Assembly (NCBI GenBank): GCA_028534125.1
Contig: CM052816.1
Location: 7,876,001-7,936,000, forward strand
Direction of reading: 5' to 3'
Source of the DNA: Lama glama
Taxonomy: Eukaryota
Length of the DNA stretch: 60,000 nt
The notes beneath the pieces are model-generated. The model was not told the DNA's origin and did no database searches. It saw nothing but the letters and a program-made list of their open reading frames with translations. The position numbers and the translations under genes are program-made. The stretch's first letter is position 1, and each line of letters opens with the position of its first letter. Shown one piece after another: positions 12,056 to 24,530 of this stretch.

Positions 12056-13025
12056 GTTTGTGAATATAATTTTTTGAGTTCTTTTTGCTTTCAGCTGCCC
12101 TGGAAAAATTTTTTTTTCATGAAAATACAGGAAAACATGATGATTTTGTACAAAGTACATTTTTCTATAGTTCACTCTACAGTTAGTGCGTGTCACTTAC
12201 TGGAATTTTTATGAAGTTGTCCTTTATGACACCAGGATAGTAATATTCATCAGCAGTGCTTATTCCATCCTTGCGTCTGGTAATAATTACATGGGGTTGT
12301 ATTTGACCTAATAGTCATTAGAATTTTTAAAGATGGCACATATCCAAGTATGATTAATTATGTAGGGAAGAGAGAGCTTTACAATGATAGAACTCTTATG
12401 GTTTAACTTGGCTTTTTAAAGAGATTGGTATTTGGTAAATTTGTATTATTCTTGGCTTATATTTTGCTTGGCTAGATGAGACATCTCGACAGATGGTGAT
12501 GGAAATTGCCTCTTGCAAAGGGATACAGTAGAGAAGAAACTTCTATGTACAACCTGCCCTTGGTAGCCTGTTTGCATTAAACTCTGTCTAGTAAGTGAGC
12601 TAGGCAGTCCCCAGAGGGTGGCAGACTTTTTTTCCACCTCCTCTTTTCTTTTCTTTTTTTCACAACCTTAAAATTTTTTTTTTAAAAAACATGTTTGGCT
12701 CATGAGCCGTAGGGGTATAGTTTGTTAGCCCCTTATCTAAGGTTTAAGGTCCTTAGAGGAACCTGCTGGAGCCCCCTTTCCTCCTTGGGGAAAACCTTGA
12801 GGTGTCTGATAGCCTTTGCCTGTTCTTTTTCTTTCCCTCTCTCATACCCGGCACCCCCAATAGGGTGTAAGGTATTGAGGGGACCACCTGCCAGTGATAA
12901 GGCAGATCACCATGGTGCCACCTGCCTTGTGGTAAATCAGTGAAAGAGTTAATGATCCATATTCAACTTCCTGGGAACGTCTGTGTGTTGTTAACTCTCG
13001 TTTTTCTCTACTTGTATCCCTACAG

Positions 13026-13190
13026 AAATCATTTCTACCAGTTTGGAGAGATCCGGACGATCACTGTTGTGCAGAGACAGCAGTGTGCTTTCATCCAGTT
13101 TGCCACAAGGCAGGCTGCAGAAGTGGCTGCCGAGAAGTCCTTTAATAAGTTAATTGTCAATGGCCGCCGGCTCAACGTGAAATGGGGAAG
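13026..13190 (+). CDS. RBM22: RBM22 exon 8 (RRM)
   Basis: cag| [54 protein letters not shown](R) |gtgagc. Confidence 0.97.
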
Positions 13191-13203
13191 GTGAGCATTA
13201 GAC

Positions 13204-13252
13204 TTAAAATATCATTTTAAAATATCATTTTAAATCGTTTTAAAATATCATT
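13204..13252. repeat. AT-rich 13-bp tandem repeat (TTAAAATATCATT, about 4 copies)
   Basis: Three exact units and one degenerate unit, directly after the exon 8 donor. Confidence 0.85.
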
Positions 13253-13958
13253 AGTGAGATTTTCAAGAAACCTTTGCATTACCTGGGGACTAGTAAGCTT
13301 TTGGTGAATAGGCTTAAATCAGAAAGACCTTTAAAAAATAATTTTTCTTTCTACCTGACTCTCCATTCCTGTGGAAGTTGGGAAGATGCTGCTTTGGAAA
13401 TTCATTCAGGGTATGGGTGTAATAATCTGATCCTTCAAAGGTTTATGTTTTTTGTGACCAATTATTAGAGGCCAAGTGTAATGCTAGGGCATGAACGGTG
13501 GCATGAGAGTTTACAAAGAAATTAGTCCTAGATTTTGTCATCTATTGGCCAGGTGTCTTGTGAAGAACAAGAGCTAATTTAAGTTTGAAAGTGATGATTG
13601 CATGAGAGACACAGGTCAAATGTCGTGATTCGTCAAAGATGGAACATGGAGCTTGGAGCCAGGGAGATCTCTCATAGAGGCAGCGGCCCTCATGGAGTAC
13701 TTCCTCAGCACTGTGCTCAACACATGGGAGTTCCTCCTCCAGTCCCTACAGTGATTCCCATGAATTTTGACCCCAGATCTTTTCTTGCTTCAAAACCTTT
13801 GCTCTTACCCACTGCATGGTGGCATTTATGGGAAGAGTGTTCGCTGAAGAGGAGGCAAGGAGTGAAGAAACTCTGTTTGACTAAGAAACAAGAGAAACAG
13901 AGGTGGGAGAGAAAGTGGGACCAAGTGATGATGGTGTGTGTGTGTCTGTGTCTCCTAG

Positions 13959-14047
13959 GTCCCAAGCAGCCAGAGGAAAAGAAAAAGAGAAGGATGGAAC
14001 CACAGACTCCGGAATCAAGCTGGAGCCCGTTCCAGGGCTACCAGGAG
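13959..14047 (+). CDS. RBM22: RBM22 exon 9
   Basis: tag| [29 protein letters not shown] |gtgaga. Confidence 0.96.
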
Positions 14048-14251
14048 GTGAGAACAGACTTTCTGCCTACCCTGTAGCTTACTAACTTCAGGCGCTTACA
14101 CTGCCTCGATGTTCCACCAGTGTTGAGAGAGACCAAAGTCTCTGGCTCGCAGCAGCTGTGTTCTCCCAGCAGGCTTCCTAGGATTTCAAGGTGGTGAAAA
14201 CACTGTTGCACAGTTGTCTTCTTCTCTAACTGGCTATTTTCTCTTCTTTAG

Positions 14252-14383
14252 CTCTTCCTCCTCCTCCTGCTGCAGAAGAAGAAGCCTCTGCCAACTACTT
14301 CAACCTACCCCCAAGTGGTCCTCCAGCCGTGGTGAACATTGCCCTGCCACCTCCCCCTGGTATTGCCCCGCCCCCACCCCCAG
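14252..14383 (+). CDS. RBM22: RBM22 exon 10 (Pro-rich)
   Basis: tag| (A)[43 protein letters not shown] |gtaact. Confidence 0.96.
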
Positions 14384-15236
14384 GTAACTCATCATCCTTC
14401 TTAGGAAATAGGTTTGACTTAGCCCAGGGAAGTCCTTGTGAAGTCCTGTCCTCACACCTCACCATTACGTCTAACATGTCTAAGTCCTTTGGGTCTGCTC
14501 CTTAGAAGTCTACAAGTAAACCTGATTTTTTGGCATTCCTGGTATTCCATTTTCTACTGGCTCGCTAAGGAGAGGAAAGTCTCCAATTCCCTTAACAATT
14601 TGAGTATACGTGTAATTAGAATGGGAGTTACTGTGAATACAGTGATTTGTCATCAGTTTTTTCCCTGTTCTAAACGAAATCCTAACAATACCCTAGCGTG
14701 CCATTGCTTAAACTGTAGGCTGTGGATCTGTGTTACTCTGGGGTGTTATTACCTACCTGCAGCAAGATAAGGAACTCGTACCAGAATATAAATTCATTAA
14801 AAAAGTTCTGTTACCAGAAAGTTGTCAGACGACTTAAATAGTGTGCTTGGTCATGTAATGAAGTTATGTTTTGACTCAAGCTCTTTATCTTGTTGATGGC
14901 CAGTAATAAACAGTTCAAAGACCAGCAGTTTGGATAGCACTGCTCTAAGTAGCACTGTCAGTGCCAGTGGAGCAGTGTAGGTAAACCACAAGTAGCCGGC
15001 CGGTTCTCCTGCTGCAGAGTTCCCATGCTTTTTGAAGGAGATCCTGGTTTCTGAACACCCGTGACTCAAGTATAAAGCACTGAGGTTAATGATGACATGG
15101 TCTTATATCCATCAGCCTGATTTCTGTCTCACCTCCCAAATCCTGACCGAATCCTGTCTGGTAGGATTGGCATGTTTGATCCATAGCAGAGGCTCAGATG
15201 GTGGCATCCTAGCAATACCTTGAGACTTGTGGAGGG

Positions 15237-15267
<31 letters not shown>

Positions 15268-15455
15268 CCCGCAGGGAAAGGTTTCTAAAACCAAGGAAGT
15301 AACACAGGTAAACATCCCTGAGCAAGTCTTGTGAACCAACATTTTCTGAAGCCCCATGTCAATTTGATTTCTATTCAGGTGGTTTTGATCTTAGAAAGAT
15401 TCAAGCGTTTGAAATGTTATCAAGAGCCTAACAAATTTGTTCTCTCCACCTGTAG

Positions 15456-15586
15456 GTTTTGGGCCACACATGTTCCACCCAATGGGACCACCCCCTCCTT
15501 TCATGAGGGCTCCAGGACCAATCCACTATCCTTCTCAGGACCCTCAGAGGATGGGAGCTCATGCCGGGAAACACAGCAGCCCCTAG
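15456..15586 (+). CDS. RBM22: RBM22 exon 11 (terminal)
   Basis: tag| (G)[45 protein letters not shown]. All exons sum to 1263 nt = 420 aa plus stop. Confidence 0.97.
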
Positions 15587-15654
15587 CATATTGTCACCAC
15601 ACTATGGCTCTACGCAAGAGAGGGCACTTAAAAATCCCAGTAAATGAGTCTTGA

Positions 15655-15660
15655 AATAAA
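15655..15660 (+). terminator. RBM22: RBM22 proximal poly(A) signal candidate
   Basis: AATAAA about 70 nt after the stop, with T-rich downstream sequence. Confidence 0.5.
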
Positions 15661-16575
15661 TACATTTTTCCTTCCTTTGTAGTTTTCATGGTAGCTGAAT
15701 ACATTCAGATGTGGGCAGTCAGAGAACGACAGCCATGCTTTCCTACGTGTGTTCAAAGGATTGCTGGACCTCAAATAAGCTGCCGTTAACACATCTGGTT
15801 ACTACCGTAACATTGCTAATAGAACTTAATGCCTCTTCCCCTTACCTCTATGGGGAGCAAGCAACTGGGTGAATTGGAATGTCCATCGGAGTTGCCATCC
15901 CGATTATATGTTCATTTTGTATCTCTTGGGGGTGGGTGTTGGGGTGGGAAATTGACCTGCAGTTTGAAAAAAAAAAAAAAAACCCAGTGACAAAAACTTT
16001 TGACCATTTTTATGTCCATTGGGTAAACGTTTTCCTTTCTATCATCTAAAAAAGGATCACTGGTACTAATCATTTTAGTGGCATGAGTGTGATTTAACAC
16101 TTCTCAAGTCACACTCTGAGAAAGACAGGTAGAAACCAGCACCCAGTGCAGCCCGTATCTTACTTCTTTCCTCATTTATTCCTAAAGGAATCTGGCTGAT
16201 AATTTTACTTCTTTATGCTACCAAAAAAGACAAAAGTTAAAAATTACTATTTGTTCCTATCAATCAGATGGAAACAAAAGTGTCATGGGACTGTGTATCA
16301 CTGAAAAAACCTGGTGTCTGGGATAGAATTATTTTAAGGAACTTCCTGTAAAACACTTTAACTGTGAAGGGAAAAACATTAGAGTGTGTTTGTGTGGAAG
16401 ACTTGTGACCTACAGCTGGAACTTTGATCTTCAGCATTCACCTCTGTGTGTCTTCAGCGACTCATTTTAATTCTCTGCTTTTGGGCAGGGGACTCTGGTC
16501 TTAGAATATTTGGATATAACTGAGTTGTAGATGGAAAAAAAAATTTTTTCATGTTGTGTTTTTGTTTTTAAAAAA

Positions 16576-16581
16576 ATTAAA
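16576..16581 (+). terminator. RBM22: RBM22 distal poly(A) signal candidate
   Basis: ATTAAA preceded by a U-rich tract and followed by GT/T-rich sequence, about 1 kb after the stop. Confidence 0.55.
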
Positions 16582-17459
16582 ACGGGTCAATTTTCCAAAT
16601 GTTGTCACAGGTTTATTTCTAGATTTCTGTTTTCTTTATCCTTTGTAGATGAACTTGAGGTCAGTGGAAGTTAGAAACAAGTTACATAAAAATTGAAGGT
16701 TTTGCTTGAGGCTGTTTTGATACTAATCTTTATCCATTCTAAGAGACCCAAGCCTTTTTAATACTTACGTCAAAGGTTAGTTATGGGGTTGAAATAAGAT
16801 AATGAACAGAAGGCATTCAGCAGAGTCTGCCACATGGATGGTAGCTCTGAAAAGTTATCCTAGTATTATACAGGTCATTTTAAAGGGAAACAGGAAAAAC
16901 TTATCTACAAGTGTATTTCCCGAAGTCAATTCCCATGTCACTTATCTAAAATATATTCTCGTGGGCTGGACATACCCCCATTTGACCCTATTTTTAGCTT
17001 CTCTGGAGAATTTTTTGTTGTTTTCCTCTAGAGGGCTTTATCTTGGACTTTTTTTTTTTTAAGATTAAAAAAATCTAGAAGCACTTATAAGTTTGATTTT
17101 ATTTCTAGTAATATCAAATGTGAAGCAATGTAGAGGTAATTTCAAATATTTTGACACCCATTTGGGTAGAGTTTTTTGGGAGGTGTCTGCTTTTGATCAT
17201 GTAAGAGATTTTTAGCTAGTTTGTTAATAATAATGTGAAGGAAAGTGTTTTTAATAATTTCCAAATTCAATTATATCCTATACATATAAACACATGTAAT
17301 TGACTATCCAATTGTGTATTCTTGACTTTTTGAGAAAGATTCTAAGTTTCGTGCACTACCTGGCTATGAATATGTATTTTTTTTGAAGCATAAGCCAGCA
17401 TAAGTTGAAGTATAGAATAGATGCTTAATGAGTCTTAAGTAAATCAGTTATGAGTAATG

Positions 17460-17795
17460 AGATTTTGGCAAAAACTCAGGTGCTTACCAAACTTCATATC
17501 CTTTTCCTCTAGGGCACACAGCCAGGGGTACACTTGGCGAAAAGTAAACTTTGCCATTCCCAGACTTCGTCTGTAAAAACATCTCACCCACCCAGCCCCG
17601 TGAGCTCTTTCCCCATCTGCTGGCTGAATGCGCAGGAGGAGGATCTCTGGAAGATGGCAGTCACACGATGGAAGGAGCCTGGGTTCCTCTATCACTGCTT
17701 CAAGGAGAGCACTGTGATAAAAGGGATTTTTGTTACAGTAAGCCATTGAGACCTGGGGTTTATCTGTAACAGCAGCTAGTGTTACTCTAGTAACA
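17460..17795 (+). mobile_element. MLT1 (MaLR) LTR fragment
   Basis: gatggaaggagcctgggttcct...agccattgagacctggggtttatctgtaacagcagctagt is an MLT1 3' signature. Confidence 0.65.
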
Positions 17796-18049
17796 GATGC
17801 AGTCAGATCTGATCACACACACACACACAAAATCCATTTTTGTTTGTACTGAGTAATGATGATTTAAGCAGACTTTTGAGCCAGATTACCTGAGTTGAAA
17901 TCCTCACTTCAGCGACTCCCATCTGTGACCCTGGGCACATAACCTCTGTCTAGTTTTCATAATACCTCACCTCCTAACCCTTCTCACTGCCTATAATATT
18001 TTGAGCTCCTCCCCTCTTGGAGAAGGCTCAGAAGGTACAGCCTCATGAC

Positions 18050-18470
18050 AGCAGGACGAAGGCAGTGATGGCCCATGGGGCAAAGAGTGAAATGTGACAG
18101 ATGTTTTGGAAGCCAAATCAGTGAGACATTGTGACCTGAAATAAATGGGGGTGAAAGAGGAGGAGTCAGAGTGATCCTTCTCCCCTCACCACTACCCTTC
18201 CAAGTATCTGGCTTGGTCAGCTGGTTGGCAGTATGTCTTTGCCCAAAATAGAGAATGCTGGGGAGGAGAGTGGGATTGGGGGGGAGGAATAGGAAAATGA
18301 ATCCAATATTGGATCTGGTGAATTGAAGGTACCTATGAAACAGGCCTGTGGAAATTAACCAGCCCAAAGAGAATTGGAGCTTAAGACAGGTCAAGATTTG
18401 GGAGTTAGCCGTGAAGTGATGGCATCTGAAGCCCTGGGTGTGGAATAAAATCCTCCAGGATGGGGATATA
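18050..18470 (-). mobile_element. L2 fragment
   Basis: Purine-rich antisense L2 motifs (gaggagtcagagtgat, aattgaaggtacctatgaaacagg, gatttgggagttagc). Confidence 0.55.
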
Positions 18471-19877
18471 GAACATTAGTTCTTAAACTTCAGCGGGTCT
18501 CAGTAAGTGCCTAGGTGTTCTATGTTGGTGAGGCAAAGACCACCCTTTGAGAAACTAGTATAGAATGAGGTCACGCCTAAGATTAGAAAATAGTGCCCTC
18601 CCCAGAGATCCTGTAGTCTTTGTATTTCTCCCTAACATTTTATTATAAAAATTTTGTAACATACAGGAAAGCTAAAAGGATTTTACTGTGAACAATCATG
18701 TACCCACTAGCTAGACCTAAAATTAACATCTGGCCGTATTTGCTGCATCACATATCCATTTCTTTATGCATTCGTTAATCGATTTTTATGCATTTCAGAA
18801 TAAATTGAAGGCATCAGTACACTTCACCTTTAAACATGTAAGCATTTGTATAATTACCCAGAGTTCAGTATTTGTTTATGAATTTTTTAGATAAAACTTA
18901 ACATAGATTGAAATGCACAGTTCTTGAGTATGCCATTCAAGACATTTAACAGCTGTATACAGCTATCTGGCCCAAAGCCCTGCCAAGATTTAGAACATTG
19001 CTATCCTCCAGAAAATTTCCCCCTGCTCTTCCCAGTCAATACCCATTTCCCACCAGTCTCCAAAGGCAACTACTATTCTGATTTTTTCCACCATAGATTA
19101 TTTTACTTATTTTAAAACTTAATATAAATGGAATCATGCCGCAGAACTCTTTGTGTTTGGCTTCTTTACAGCAACATGATGTTTTGGAGAATCAGCCATG
19201 ATATTAAATATAATTTCCTCCATTTTACTGTTGAGTTAGCATTCCAGTGTATGACTATACCCTCACTTACCTATGCACTTTTTGCTATTATGACTTAAAA
19301 CTGCTACGAACATCCTTTTACACATTTTTTTCGTGAGTATGTTTTTATTTCTTTTGAATAAGTATTTTGGAATGCAATTACTGGGTCATGAGGCAGGTGC
19401 CTGTTTAGTTTTAAAAGTAACTGTTGGACCTTTTTCCAAACTGGCTGTACCATTTTACATTTCCACCAGCAATGCATAAAAATTGTTCTGCAACACCATG
19501 AACATTTGGTGTAAACAGTCTTTTGAATTTTAGCCATTCTGGTGGGCATATAGTAGTATTTCATTGTGTTTTTAATTTGCACTCCCATTATGACAAATAA
19601 GTTGAGAACCTTTTCTAATGCTTATGGTCATTTATTTATCTTTTGTGAAGTATCTGCTCAAATATTTTGGCCATTTTTACTGGGTATCTTTTTATTAACT
19701 AGTTATAGGAGGTTTTTTTTTTAATATGTCCTAGAAATTAGTTCTTTATCAGATATATGTTTACAAATATTTTCTCCGAGTCTGTGGCCTGCCTATTATC
19801 TTCTCTAATGATGTCTTTTGACGAGCAGAGGTTTTTCATTTTATTGAAGCCTAATTTATTGTGTAGTAGACCAAAAT

Positions 19878-20215
19878 CTGTATTAGTTTGCCAGAGCTGC
19901 CATAACAAAGTATTGCAAACTGGGTGGCTTAAACAGCTGATATTTATTGTCTCACCTTTCTGGAGGTTGATGACCAAGATTGAGGTGTTGCCGAGGTTGA
20001 TTCTTTCCAAGACAGTGAGAATCTGTTCCATGCTTCTCTCCTAGCTTCTGGCGTTTGCTGGCAGTCTTCGTCATTCCTTGGCTTGTAGAAATATCACCCT
20101 GATCTCTACCTTCATCTTCACACCATGTTGTCCCTGTGTGCACGACTGTGTCCAAACTCCCCCTTATTATAAGGACACCAGTCACATTGGATTAGGGCCC
20201 ACTCTAATGACTTCA
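19878..20215 (-). mobile_element. MLT1 (MaLR) LTR inserted in L1
   Basis: tgtattagtttgccagagctgccataacaaag...tgggtggcttaaacag...taaggacaccagtcacattggattagggcccactctaatgac. Confidence 0.8.
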
Positions 20216-21087
20216 TTTATTGTTGAAAAGATTTTCCTTCTTTAGGTCTTTTGTATTTCCACATAAACTTTTAAATCAATTTGTCAATTTCTACAAAAAC
20301 ACAGGACTATGATTGGGATTGTGTTGAATCTATAGATCAATTTGGGGAGAATATTGAGCCTGCCAGTCTATGGGCATGGTATAGTTAATTAAGTTTTCTT
20401 TAATTACTCTCAGCAGTGTACAGGGCTTGCACGACCTTAGTTACATTTATAACTAAAAATTTTGCGATTTGTTGCTATTGTAAATGGACTTTCATAAAAT
20501 TTGTTTTCCAGTTGTTGCAGCTAATACATGACAATAGGTTTTATTTTTATGTATCAGCCCTGCATCCTGTGACCCTGCTGACTTCACTCAGGGTTTCTAG
20601 CAGTTCTTTTGTAGATTCCTGTGATGAGCTACATAAGTCACATCATTTGGGAATAACCATTTTACTTATTTATTTCCAATCTTCATGCCTTTTCTTTCTT
20701 TTCCTGGCTCTACTCACCTGGCTAGGACCCTGAGTAAAATATTAAATAGAACTGGTGAGAGTGGACGTCTTTGTCTTTTTCCCACTTTTCAGAGTATATA
20801 GTATTCAGTATTTTACCCTTAAGTACTTTATTAACTATAGATTTTTTTGTAGCTGCCTTTTATCAGATAGAATTTACCTTCCAAATTTTCTGAGTTTTCG
20901 CCATAAATTTGTGTTGAATTTTGCCAGTGCTTCTTCTGTGTCCTATGGTTTTCTCTTTTACTATGTTAATGTAGTGAATTACACTGATTGATTTTTAAAT
21001 TGTTAAACCAAGCTTGTATTCCTGGGATTCACCTAACCTAGCCATAATGTTTTTTATTTTTATATATTTATTTACATTTTTTAGTTT

Positions 21088-21395
21088 TATATTTTCCAGT
21101 TTTATTGAGCTATAACTGACACATAACATTGTATTAGCTTAAGGTGTACAACATAATGATTTGATATATGTACATATTATGACATGCTTACCAAAATAAA
21201 TTTAGTTAACATCTATCACCTTACATAGTTAGATTTCCTTTTGTTGTGACGAGAACTTTTAAGATCTACTCTCAGCAACTTTCAAATTTATAGCACAGTA
21301 TTGTTAACTATGGTCACTATGCTGTATATTACATCCCCAAAACTTATTTATCTTGTAACCAAGAAGTTTGTACCTTTTGACCACCTTGACTCATT
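21088..21395 (-). mobile_element. Younger L1 3'-end fragment nested in older L1
   Basis: ccagttttattgag...aaggtgtacaacataatgatttgatata...tttaagatctactctcagcaactttcaa...agtttgtaccttttgacc. Confidence 0.7.
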
Positions 21396-22566
21396 TAAAG
21401 CCATATAACACAATACAGTCATATATTTATCTAAAAAGCATATATTGACATATTTATAAATTTAAGTATATAACTTATTTTTTGTGTCTGTGTTCATATG
21501 AGATATTGGTGTTGAATTTTCTTCTCTGTAACATCAATTTTCTTCTAGCCTTATAAAATATATTTGGAAATGTTACCTCTTCCTTTATATTCTGAAAGAG
21601 TTTGTGTAACAGTGCTATTATTTTTTCCTTATATGTTTGATAAAATTCGCCAGTGAAGCCATCTGGGCCTGGAGTTTTCTTTGTGGGATTTTTTTTTTTC
21701 CCCTTTAGTTTTAAAACTTAAAAAAACCAAAAAACAAAAAAAAACCTTTAGATTTACAGAAACGTTGCAAAGTTAATGGCGAGTTCTTGTGTACTCTTCA
21801 CCCAGCTCCCCCTAACATTTACATCTTACGTAGCCATGGTTTATTTGTCAAAGCTAAGAAATCAACATTGGTACAATACTGTTAACTGAATTAAGTCTTG
21901 ATTTGGATTTCCCCTCCGATATCCTTCTTCTGTGCCAGTATTCCATCCAGGCGCCCACATTACATTTAGTTGTTGTGTCTCCTTAGACTCCTCCAACCTG
22001 TGACAATTTCTCAGTCTTTCCTTGTTTTTCATGATCTTGATATGTTTGAAGAGGACTGGTCAGATATTTTGTAGAATCTCTCTCAATTTGTATTTGTCTG
22101 ATGTTCTTTCTGTTTAAACTTATTCTTTTAAACCCTGTTTAGACAGGGTTATGGATTTGGTGAAAATACCACAAGGGGGAGTGCCCTTCTCATCACTTTA
22201 TATGAGGAATTTTAATTCACTCATGATGTTAACCTTGATCATTTGGTTAAGGTGGTGTCTTTGTAAAGTTACTATTTTGCCTTCCTATGCTTTATTGTTT
22301 GGAAGCGAATCAGTAAATCCAGTCTATAATCAATAGGAGGGGAATTAAGCTCCACTTCCTGAAAGGGGCAGTATCTACATATATTATTTGGAGGTCTTCT
22401 GTAAGGAAGGAAGATTTGCCCCTCCCCCTCCCTATTTATTTATTCAATCATTTGTTTATATCACTGAATTCATGAATATTTAGTTTATTATTAGAGTTAT
22501 AATCTCCCATGGGTTGTCTTTTCACTCTCTTGGTAGTATTTTTTGATGCACAAAGGTTTTTTTTTT

Positions 22567-22666
22567 NNNNNNNNNNNNNNNNNNNNNNNNNNNNNNNNNN
22601 NNNNNNNNNNNNNNNNNNNNNNNNNNNNNNNNNNNNNNNNNNNNNNNNNNNNNNNNNNNNNNNNNN
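22567..22666. other. Assembly gap (100 N)
   Basis: Run of N, flanked by a duplicated 13-17 bp sequence (see findings). Confidence 0.99.
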
Positions 22667-24524
22667 CTTGGGGGATGCACAAAGGTCTTTAATTTTGTGT
22701 GTTCATTTTTAAAAGTGTTTCACAGGTAGTTGAAGATGAATATTGTCTAATTTGGTGGTGTGGAATTCTCCATTTTCACTTGATTGTTTAAATTTTCTAT
22801 ATCCTTATTCATTATTTGTCTGATAACCAATCAACAATTGAAAGAATTGTGTTAAATCTTCCCCTGTGATAATGAGTTTATTATGATGTAAGGATATTTA
22901 TCACAGAAATTTTTTTTGCCAGAAAGTCTCCTTTGATGTTAATATGGCTAGCACACATTTCTTTGGAATAGGATTTAACTGGCTCATCCTTTTCCATTTC
23001 TTTACTTCACTTTTGTGTCATATTTTTAGGCATGCTGCTTTGTGAACAGCACAGAGCTGGAGTTACTTTTTATCCACTGTGTGAGTTTCTGTCTTTAAAC
23101 TGGTGAGTCTCATGCATTTACATTGATTGTGATACCTGATATATTTAAATGTAGTTATACCACTTTATTTTATGCGCCTTTTTTTGCTTCTTTTTCATCC
23201 TTCCTGCTGTCTTTTGAATTGATTTCTCTGGTCACCATTTCTTCTTAGATTTTGTACTTTCTTTGTTGATCTTTTGCAAAGCACGTTCTTTTGTAGTTCT
23301 TTCAGGGGTTAGTGAAAGCTCTCGTCATATTTATTTATCTGAAAATTAATTTATTTTGCCCTCACTTCCTGAAGGTATTTTTCCATAATTAGTCATTCTA
23401 AGTGTTGTTCTTTTGTAGGTAATCTAAGTCTTTTGTCTGGGTGCCTTTGAAATACCTCTGTGACTGTGGAGTTCTGCCATTTCACTACAGTGATTCTTCA
23501 GTGTGGCTTTAATTTGTCCTTCTCATGACAGGGTGAGGATTGTGTAAATTTATGTCTTTTATCAAATCTGGAAAATCCCAAGTCATTTTAAACTCCTTCT
23601 GGAACTCCTGTTAGTACTGTTGGACACTTGCTTTGCTTTTATTTGCCATGTCTTTTCATTTCTCTCCCTATTTTCCTTCCCTTTACCTCTCTGTGATGCA
23701 TGTGGGCACTTTTAGTTCACTAATTCTTTCTTCAGTACATCTGATCCACACTACTAATCTGTCCATTAACTTTTTTAAAGGAGATATTGTTTTGGTAAAA
23801 TGTAACAGGTACATAAAAGTGCATAAACACAGACGTACAACTAAATATTTTAAAGTGAATATGTATGTAACAGTCACTCAGATCTAGAAACAGAGATTGT
23901 CCAGCTTTCCTCAGAAGCATTTTATTCTGTCCCTTCACAATCACAAACCTTTCTTTCCTCCAAGTTACCGCTATCCTGACTTCTGTATTAAACACCTCGT
24001 TGCATCAATAAACGCATATTTGTATATCTGCCTCCTTTGATCACCATTTTGTTTCTGAGATGCATCTGTATTGTTGCATGTAACTGTCCTTTCATGTCTC
24101 ATGTCAGGTTTCCCAGTGTCTGGGCTATTCTCAGCCCGTTTCATTTCCATATCACTGTATGATTTCATTTATATAAAGAACAAAAACAGCAGAAGTATAG
24201 CGTTTACATGAAGGGCTTGCTAGACTCCCAAATGAAAAGTTAATGACCTCCTTTTTCAGGATCCAAATTTTACTTGTTGAATAAAGAAGCAAAATACAGA
24301 AAAACAAATATCGTAGCATTAAAAGAAAGACATATCTTTGTACTTACGCATCTATACACATGTATATATTTATTCAAGTAAGTCTAGAATTCTAGAGGGA
24401 CCAAAGCATTCTCAGCGGTTGCCTCTGGCATGTGGGAATGGGGCAGAATGCCGGAGGGTGGAAGGTCTATGTACGTGCAGGGGAGGAGCTTTGTGGGCAG
24501 ATACCTTCACATTTTACATCTTTG

Positions 24525-24530
24525 TTTATT
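24525..24530 (-). terminator. MYOZ3: Probable MYOZ3 poly(A) signal
   Basis: TTTATT on + (AATAAA on -), about 2.4 kb past the MYOZ3 stop. Confidence 0.55.

Larger units (their letters stand above)
18630..24230 (-). mobile_element. Nested block of old antisense L1M fragments
   Basis: T-rich antisense L1 motifs throughout (ttttagccattctggtgggc, gattgggattgtgttgaatctatagatcaatttgggg, ccagtgaagccatctgggcctggagttttctttgtggg). No intact ORF. Boundaries approximate. Confidence 0.8.

Noticed and set aside
13598..14077. 159-aa ORF in RBM22 intron 8 / exon 9
   Set aside because: Non-ATG start, out of frame with exon 9, and no recognisable protein.
15089..15146. Box C (ATGATGA) with CTGA motifs at 15117 and 15143, a possible C/D snoRNA in RBM22 intron 10
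   Set aside because: Short span, no properly registered terminal stem, no C' box, and no rRNA or snRNA complementarity I could recognise.
19304..20044. ORFs resembling L1 ORF2 C-terminal fragments
   Set aside because: Degenerate L1 and MLT1 relics, not genes.
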